DNA of 57,778 nucleotides, taken from the IMG/VR virus record IMGVR_UViG_3300034143_000002; one strand, given 5' to 3'. This document shows positions 51,847 to 57,778 of this stretch, piece by piece (the first letter of the stretch is position 1; every line of letters begins with the position of its first letter). The notes beneath the pieces are model-generated. The model saw only the letters and a program-made list of their open reading frames with translations, had not been told where the DNA came from and ran no database searches. The stretch is from a virus. Made by a program: the position numbers and the translations under genes.

Positions 51847-52845
51847 ATGAGCAGTAACCTTCAATTTTTTTCAGATATCAAAACCCAGCTCTCCGAGCTC
51901 ACGAAACAGGTCGCAGCAGTGCAGACACAGCTGTCGGCCAAACAGAATGGCTCTCTCAGCACAGAGGCTATCGGCGCGCTCCTTGCACGTGAAGGACAAA
52001 TCACGAGGGAAGATTTCGCGGGCAAGCTGGCCGCACTGATCACTCCCTACATTGAGCAGGTCGTCCGGCGCATCGCGGATATGGATTCGAAGCAGACCGA
52101 GCTGGAGGCTTTCTTCAAACAACATGAAGTGGCCGTGCGCTCTACCACGAGCGAGCTGGATGCGGCTTTCGTCAAGATGCGAAAGGAAACTGCCAAAGAC
52201 TGGAAGGCCCAGCGCGAGCAGGTGCAGGCAGACTTGGGACATCTTGACGAGTTCGTGAAGTGGCTCCTGCCGCAACTGGAGAAGAACGCGAAAGACAACG
52301 TATTGGCGGTCGCCAAATGCACGAGCGCAGTCGCAGCCTGTGAGGCACTCTTAGTCAAGATCACGAAACCGGTAGAGCAGAGCATCCAGCACCTGGACAG
52401 GATTTACACTCAGGGCGAGACCGTCATTAACGAGGCTGCGGAGCGGCTTCGCAAGACGTACGCGCGCCTGCGCGAGCCCATCTTGTGGCGAGTCACCTAC
52501 ACTTTGGCCGCCATGTTTCTGATGCTCGTTTTAATGAGCGGCTTTATCTTCTGGCGCACACGGGCGGCGATCAATACCAACTGGCAGGAAATGACCGAGC
52601 ATAGCGAACAGCAGAAGCAGGAGATGAAGGGCTTGCTGGAGCAGAGCCTCAAGGAGGCCAGGGAGTCTCAGATTGATGGCGAAATCAAAGTTAAAATGTG
52701 GGATAGCATGCTCAAGAGTTTATCGCCGCAGCAGCAGGAGGAAGTGATCAGGAAATACCGGGAGCTGGTCAGTATTGCCGAACGGAAGCGGATTGACGAT
52801 CAGATGGGCGCGAGCTACGAGCAGATGAATCGGAAAAAGAAGTAA
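51847..52845 (+). CDS. Coiled-coil membrane protein (332 aa)
   Basis: Long heptad-like helices with a central TM YTLAAMFLMLVLMSGFIFW; directly downstream of the relaxase. Confidence 0.55.
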   Translation: MSSNLQFFSDIKTQLSELTKQVAAVQTQLSAKQNGSLSTEAIGALLAREGQITREDFAGKLAALITPYIEQVVRRIADMDSKQTELEAFFKQHEVAVRSTTSELDAAFVKMRKETAKDWKAQREQVQADLGHLDEFVKWLLPQLEKNAKDNVLAVAKCTSAVAACEALLVKITKPVEQSIQHLDRIYTQGETVINEAAERLRKTYARLREPILWRVTYTLAAMFLMLVLMSGFIFWRTRAAINTNWQEMTEHSEQQKQEMKGLLEQSLKEARESQIDGEIKVKMWDSMLKSLSPQQQEEVIRKYRELVSIAERKRIDDQMGASYEQMNRKKK

Positions 52846-52856
52846 GTGTCGTATGA

Positions 52857-52888
52857 AGAATTATCAAATTACGTAATTTGATAATTCT
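52857..52888. other. 32-bp perfect AT-rich palindrome
   Basis: AGAATTATCAAATTAC|GTAATTTGATAATTCT, 11 nt after the stop of 51847..52845. Confidence 0.9.
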
Positions 52889-53050
52889 GTGTTGCTTACT
52901 TGTAGAAATACTTGAGCGTTTGTGTTTCCCCATCAAACATAACTGTTATTATCGGACGCAAATAGTTGACAGCAAAAGACTTAGAGGAATCCTTACTTAC
53001 TTACACGAGTGGGCAGATTCATTATGCACGCCTATCTGCTTGGTAACGTC

Positions 53051-53491
53051 CTACTTAACCACGCAGTCCTTCAGCTCGACATTTAGACTTTTTCCATCCA
53101 CAGTCCCCTGCACTGTGGCAGAGCCGCCTTTTCTCAATCGAGCGACCGCACTCTTCTGTGAGTCATCAACAAAGCATTGGACGCTGACGATAGACATCTC
53201 CTTGCCCTTGAGCGTGACAGAGGTTGAGCCCAGCACGGTATCAATTGATTCAACTGTGCCGGTAACAAGCACGACCTTACCGTTATATCTGTCATCGGCG
53301 GCAACCTCGTTCTCGTCATAAGCGGTGGCCAGCGCCAGAGCCGTGACTGTGATTGGAGAGGCTGATGGCGACGGGCTGCTGGATGAGCCGGAACTGCCCT
53401 GCTTATTCTCTGGCAGCTTACAGCCGAGGACGAGAGCAAGCCAGATGATCAAAATAAGAGAGAGGTTGTGAAGTGGAGATTTGTGGGTCAT
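53051..53491 (-). CDS. Lipoprotein with OB-fold (tRNA_anti-like) domain
   Basis: Lipobox LALVLGC and an S-rich linker. YDENEVAADDRYNGKVVLVTGTVESI...VTLKG...VQCFV...LRKGGSATVQGTVDG...VELKDCVV matches the tRNA_anti-like pattern. Confidence 0.7.
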   Translation of the reverse strand: MTHKSPLHNLSLILIIWLALVLGCKLPENKQGSSGSSSSPSPSASPITVTALALATAYDENEVAADDRYNGKVVLVTGTVESIDTVLGSTSVTLKGKEMSIVSVQCFVDDSQKSAVARLRKGGSATVQGTVDGKSLNVELKDCVVK

Positions 53492-53626
53492 GGACGTTCC
53501 TTTGGAGTCAGGTTTTCCAAGAGCAATCCGAGCATACAGCTATTTAGGCCGATCTTAAAGCTCACGGAATTACTCAAGTACTGAGAAAGCCCCGCATTCC
53601 CTGCCCCCAGTTTACATTGCGTACAC

Positions 53627-53676
53627 CAGATAGAATTCCGCCCATGAGCTTGTTTCATTGGGCGGAATTCTATCTG
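53627..53676 (-). terminator. 18-bp perfect stem-loop just downstream of the fibre gene
   Basis: CAGATAGAATTCCGCCCA-N14-TGGGCGGAATTCTATCTG, 9 nt after the fibre stop; no U tract. Confidence 0.55.
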
Positions 53677-53684
53677 GGTGATAA

Positions 53685-56600
53685 TTAATTGGTCTTGTAA
53701 ACTGCGTTGATGTTGATAGTTGATGTGTTGGTGAAGGCAGCGTCCGTTAATGCAGTCGCCGTACCATTGTTATTGGCGTAGAGGTTGACTGTAGTCGTAG
53801 CAGAGGGCGTTGTCTGCCCGAACGTCGTGCCTGTGTAAGACGCGCCGTAGATGACCACCTCGACCGGTTGGAAGCGATTCGACGAAGAAGTCGCCGCAAC
53901 CGGCAGTCCGGTCAAAGTGGCCGTCCCTGTTGATGAGCCTTTGTTAGACAGCAGCATGTAGGCATCAACGTAAACAAGGTCGCCAACACGCGTGTACTTG
54001 CATACCTGTGCAGTGTAAGTCAGCCCCGTGCTTGCGCCGCCGAACTTGAGCGAGATCGTGCATGATCCTTCATCATAGTTCGCGAGCGATGTTCCCCCAA
54101 AGTTTATCGAGGTGGCTGCGGCGGCTCCGAGGGTTGGAGTTACCAGAGTTGCGTTGTTTGCACGGACGAACCCGCCGCCATCGCCCGTCTCGTCACTGAC
54201 CACGCCCGCAAGTTGTGCGCTGGTAGTCGCAGCAAACTGCCCCAGTGTGCCGCTCGTCGCGCCGTAAGTGGTCGTATCAACAGAGAGCGTGCCGTCACTG
54301 CCTGAAGTCTTCACAAATCCATTGCTCGTCAGGTTCGAGAGCTTCGCTATATTCTGCGTCGTGTTGACAGTGACCGTATTGGTCGAGCGTGTCAGCCCCG
54401 TCGAGAATGTTAACGGGACTTCGTAAGCGCTCGATGCCGTGTAGGCCGCGCTGCCGAGCGTACCGCCTGCTCCGACGTTCAAGGTCGAACCGTCCGTCCC
54501 CGCGATAGTCAGGGTGTTATTGACCGTGAACGTCTTGGCACTTGTCAGGTTGAATGTGCCCGTCGTTGTCGTGACCGTCAGGCCGTTGTAGGTCTTTCCG
54601 GTCAGAGCGGAAGTGATGCGGCCGTCGGCCAGAGTGCCGCTCGAAATGTTGCTCGCATTCGTCGTATCAACATTGGCGACGTTGCCTAACCCGACATCGC
54701 CTTTGACTATCCCGGTCGGCGTGGTGATGTTTGGCGAGTTGCCGAATACTACTGAACCGGTTCCGGTCTCATCAGAGATGGCTCCGGCAAGGCCCGAGCT
54801 ATCCGTCACGCTGGAGACAACGCCGGTTGTCGTCGTAACCTTCATTAAGCCGGTGGAGAGGGTTGATAGGGCCTGCTCTCCTGAGAGCGTGGCATCCGGG
54901 ACTTGAGTAATATATGTGGCATCCGTAGGCGCTCCACTTCCACCGCACGTCGTACCGGCATCAACAAAATTTCCATCAGCGTCTGTTTTTACACAGTTGT
55001 CGGGGGTCAGAGTGCCCGTCGTCGTCGCGATCTTCGTAGAATTACCGGAGATGGAATCAAGGGTAGAACCATCCAACACGAGGGAGGGAGTAACAACCGA
55101 CGTGCCGAAGTAGCCGGTGCGAGGACGATTGGCCGAACTTTGCCCGATGTCAACCGCATCGTCATCCGACGCTCCAAAATAGTCGTCAGTAACTATCCAA
55201 CGATTCAGGCCGCTGGTGCGAAAATAAAGAGACCCGCCGACGTTCGCCGTCCCGATTGCGATGTCTCTGGTCGTTCCAGAGCCCGCCGCGCGCGCCATAA
55301 TTTCGTAAGGTGTGCCATCACCAAAGGCATTGATGTCGAGCGTTTCAAAGTTGTCCGCATCATAGTACCGTCCATAGACGTGAACATTATTCCCGAGGAG
55401 TGTGCCGGGCCGCATATCCCAACTACGGTCGAAGCTGCCAATGGGAATCCCACCCACTCCGAAATATATGCCTGAGTTTGAAAGGTAGGACGCAGATGTA
55501 GCGGTGGTTGCTTGAATAGCGCCGGAGCCAACAACTCTGAGGACGCCGGAGCTTGTCACCTCAATGCCGTTGCCGCCGCTCGCCGTTGCTTTGAACGGGT
55601 TGATGGCCGAGCTTGAATTAGCTACGGCGGAAATCATGTAGCCCGTTCCCGTATTGTTATTTGTGTCCCGGACAGCAAACAAATCAGCTGACGCGCCCGT
55701 TGCCCCGCCCCATGTCATAGTGATTTTGTTCGCGCCCATCGAAGGTAGAAAATCGCTTGTCGGGTTCGCGAGCTGATCCAGTCGGACGGAGGCGTAAGTC
55801 TGCGCGCCGGTCAGGAAAGTATTCGCCGAGGCCGTTCCACTTCCGAGTCGTGCGGTCGCAATCGTTCCACTGCCGATTGCGGCAGCATCGAGCGAGCCGC
55901 CGCCTGCGGCGTTCTGGTGATTGTGGGTTGCATTGACGAAGCTGGCGATAGTCGGGGTGATGATGGTTGGGGTGTCGTTCCCCATGAGCAGCCCTGTACC
56001 TGTCTCGTTTGTGATCGAAGCCAGAAAGTTCGCGCTCGTATCAGAGAGACCATAACCTGAGAAAGTTGTTGGGTTAGTTCCCGCCGTCACTCTGCCTTGT
56101 GCGTCGGTCGTTACGCTTCGATAGGTGCCAGCCGTGCCGGTGTTCTTGAGCGTCGTCGCTAGCGCGCCGCCCGCAGTCGTGATGTCACCGGTGAGTGCTG
56201 GAAACCTTGCAGCCAGAAGCAGACTACCAGCGTCGAGGCCCGCATAGCCGCTCGCCGCATTCTTGTTTGCCGTATTTTCGTAAGTGGTCGTATCAACAGA
56301 GAGCGTGCCGTCACTGCCTGAAGTCTTCACAAATCCATTGCTCGTCAGGTTCGAGAGCTTCGCTATATTCTGCGTCGTGTTGACAGTGACCGTATTGGTC
56401 GAGCGTGTCAGCCCCGTCGAGAATGTCAGCGGGACTTCGTAATCACTTCCCCCCGACGCCGAAGAAAAGCCGCCACTGCCATTGCCTTTTAAGATCGAGG
56501 TGCCTGAAGTCGCCGGTGCGTAGTCTGTGCCCGATACGGCAGCAGTAAAGGCGGAGGTGCCGTTGCCTTTGAGGAGACCGGTCAGTGTGGCCGCGCCAGA

Positions 56601-57778
56601 GCCGCCTTGAGGAACAGGAAGGATGCCAGCGACTTCTGCTGTTGCCAGATCAACAGCGTTCGAGGTCGAGCCTGAGCCGATTACGTTCGTCGCATTCGTC
56701 GCATTGGTTGCGTTCGTCGCCGTTGTTGCGCTTGTGGCCGTTGTGGCCGTCGAGGCATTGCCGCTCAATGTAGCCGTGATCGTCCCGGCTGAGAAGTTGC
56801 CCGATGCGTCGCGCGCGACAATGGCGCTCGCGGTGTTGGCGCTCGCCGCTGTTGTATGCGTGTTCGCCAGCACGCCATTGACTTCTGCTGTTGCTAGGTC
56901 TACAGCACCTGTCAGGGAACCAGAACCTATTACATTTGCCGCGTTCGTCGCGTTCGTCGCCGTTGTTGCGCTGGTGGCCGTTGTGGCCGTCGAAGCATTG
57001 CCGCTCAAGGTGGCCGTGATCGTGCCCGCAGAGAAGTTGCCCGATGCGTCTCTGGCTACTATGGCGCTCGCCGTGTTGGCGCTCGCTGCCGTCGTCTTAC
57101 TGTTGGGCAATATCCCATTGACTTCGGCGGTCGCTAAATCCACAGCCCCTGTCAGAGAGCCAGAACCGACTAAATTAGTGGCATTGGGCGCTGTACTACT
57201 AAAGGAGAGCGTTGACACGTTAGAGACCGGCGCGGAGGCCGTCATCATCTGCCCTTCTGTCGGCTGGATATTCGGAAGAAGGTAGACCGTGGAAGTCGTG
57301 ACAGAGGGAGGGGCTGATAGCCCTACATAGTTTGAGCCGCCGCCGCTTGTGTCCTGAATGAACCTTATCTGAGCGGCTGAGCCACTATTGCCGAGAACAA
57401 AATTCCCGCCCGAATACTGAAAGAGGGATTCGGCAATAGTGGTTGAGCCCGCCCCACCTGTGAAGTATGGGAAGCGATTCGTCAGGATCGTCGTCGTGAC
57501 GGTCGCCTTGCTGTTCAGCTGAGTTTGAGCATTTGAAGAGAGCCCGGCGATATTCAGAAAGTCTGTTGCGCTGGGAGTGGATTCGCCTTTGTAAGCGTTG
57601 GCGCTCGTAGCTGTAGTCGCGTTCGTCGCCGTTGTTGCGCTGGTGGCCGTTGTGGCCGTCGAAGCATTGCCGCTCAAGGTGGCCGTGATCGTGCCCGCAG
57701 AGAAGTTGCCCGATGCGTCTCTGGCTACTATGGCGCTCGCCGTGTTGGCGCTCGCTGCCGTCGTCTTACTGTTGGGCA
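53685..57778 (-). CDS. Tail fibre, main part (open to window end; ORF-track TTG 57677 is not the real start)
   Basis: 1330+ aa, Thr/Ser/Gly/Ala-rich. Repeats GSGSLTGAVDLATAEVNG.L.N..TTAASANTASAIVARDASGNFSAGTITATLSGNASTATTATSATTATNAT x3 and EVPLTFSTGLTRSTNTVTVNTTQNIAKLSNLTSNGFVKTSGSDGTLSVDTTTY x2. Confidence 0.8.
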   Translation of the reverse strand, partial: PNSKTTAASANTASAIVARDASGNFSAGTITATLSGNASTATTATSATTATNATTATSANAYKGESTPSATDFLNIAGLSSNAQTQLNSKATVTTTILTNRFPYFTGGAGSTTIAESLFQYSGGNFVLGNSGSAAQIRFIQDTSGGGSNYVGLSAPPSVTTSTVYLLPNIQPTEGQMMTASAPVSNVSTLSFSSTAPNATNLVGSGSLTGAVDLATAEVNGILPNSKTTAASANTASAIVARDASGNFSAGTITATLSGNASTATTATSATTATNATNAANVIGSGSLTGAVDLATAEVNGVLANTHTTAASANTASAIVARDASGNFSAGTITATLSGNASTATTATSATTATNATNATNATNVIGSGSTSNAVDLATAEVAGILPVPQGGSGAATLTGLLKGNGTSAFTAAVSGTDYAPATSGTSILKGNGSGGFSSASGGSDYEVPLTFSTGLTRSTNTVTVNTTQNIAKLSNLTSNGFVKTSGSDGTLSVDTTTYENTANKNAASGYAGLDAGSLLLAARFPALTGDITTAGGALATTLKNTGTAGTYRSVTTDAQGRVTAGTNPTTFSGYGLSDTSANFLASITNETGTGLLMGNDTPTIITPTIASFVNATHNHQNAAGGGSLDAAAIGSGTIATARLGSGTASANTFLTGAQTYASVRLDQLANPTSDFLPSMGANKITMTWGGATGASADLFAVRDTNNNTGTGYMISAVANSSSAINPFKATASGGNGIEVTSSGVLRVVGSGAIQATTATSASYLSNSGIYFGVGGIPIGSFDRSWDMRPGTLLGNNVHVYGRYYDADNFETLDINAFGDGTPYEIMARAAGSGTTRDIAIGTANVGGSLYFRTSGLNRWIVTDDYFGASDDDAVDIGQSSANRPRTGYFGTSVVTPSLVLDGSTLDSISGNSTKIATTTGTLTPDNCVKTDADGNFVDAGTTCGGSGAPTDATYITQVPDATLSGEQALSTLSTGLMKVTTTTGVVSSVTDSSGLAGAISDETGTGSVVFGNSPNITTPTGIVKGDVGLGNVANVDTTNASNISSGTLADGRITSALTGKTYNGLTVTTTTGTFNLTSAKTFTVNNTLTIAGTDGSTLNVGAGGTLGSAAYTASSAYEVPLTFSTGLTRSTNTVTVNTTQNIAKLSNLTSNGFVKTSGSDGTLSVDTTTYGATSGTLGQFAATTSAQLAGVVSDETGDGGGFVRANNATLVTPTLGAAAATSINFGGTSLANYDEGSCTISLKFGGASTGLTYTAQVCKYTRVGDLVYVDAYMLLSNKGSSTGTATLTGLPVAATSSSNRFQPVEVVIYGASYTGTTFGQTTPSATTTVNLYANNNGTATALTDAAFTNTSTININAVYKTN
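54263..54426. repeat. 164-bp direct repeat, copy 1 (2 mismatches to 56279-56442)
   Basis: Read directly; encodes the EVPLTFSTGL...VDTTTY module. Confidence 0.9.
56279..56442. repeat. 164-bp direct repeat, copy 2
   Basis: Read directly. Confidence 0.9.
56947..57109. repeat. Internal copy of the terminal repeat (163 nt identical to 57616-57778)
   Basis: Read directly. Diverges from the copy at 1-127 only after position 57109/127. Confidence 0.9.
57652..57778. repeat. Terminal direct repeat, copy 2
   Basis: Identical to 1-127. Confidence 0.95.

Larger units (their letters stand above)
1..57778. mobile_element. Temperate tailed phage genome (siphovirus-like order) with plasmid-like par/mob arm; apparently complete
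   Basis: Full terminase-portal-protease-capsid-connector-tail-fibre module, integrase, CI/Cro-like switch, ParA, relaxase. Positions 1-127 are identical to 57652-57778. Confidence 0.8.

Noticed and set aside
54903-55475. 190-aa plus-strand ORF inside the fibre
   Set aside because: It is antisense to the fibre ORF and has an Arg-rich translation.
53685-57778. Diversity-generating retroelement (template/variable repeat pair) targeting the fibre
   Set aside because: No reverse transcriptase ORF is present in the window. The repeat differences are not adenine-specific, and the repeats are in-frame structural modules.

Overview
One GC-rich, ~57.65-kb temperate tailed-phage genome fills the window. 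The first 127 nt equal the last 127 nt, so it looks like a circularly closed assembly. Most genes run in one direction on the minus strand. The order is: Cro-like regulator (43.2 kb); early replication/recombination genes (replisome-organizer-like, DUF5131/Gp37-Gp68-like, tyrosine integrase, LexA-type HTH, SF2 helicase, BCS1-like AAA+, VRR-NUC); a membrane-protein cassette with a stand-alone HD-GYP; terminase, portal, prohead protease/scaffold, major capsid and connectors; a lambda-like tail (1443-aa tape measure, gpM-like, gpL-like tip); and a ~1670-aa repeat-rich fibre that crosses the window junction. Two plus-strand blocks break this pattern. (i) A ~3-kb accessory cassette (9.2-12.0 kb) splits the tail operon. 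It has a consensus sigma70 promoter, a small RHH-like ORF, two paralogous acidic proteins, a 207-aa RAMP-like protein and an HNH nuclease, bracketed by three arrays of 5-nt-periodic CNNGG repeats. (ii) A lysogeny/plasmid-like arm (43.3-52.8 kb) has a CI-like repressor, a TPR+HTH regulator beside a small secreted-peptide gene, an XRE regulator, ParA, an initiator-like wHTH protein with iteron-like repeats inside its own gene, and MobC plus a relaxase. A ~26-nt motif recurs 8 times at module boundaries. I recognised no rRNA, tRNA or CRISPR array. All functional calls rest on motifs read by eye, gene order and overlaps; no database search was possible. Manually placed motif coordinates were anchored to ORF-track boundaries where an ORF was adjacent; the few without one are marked approximate.
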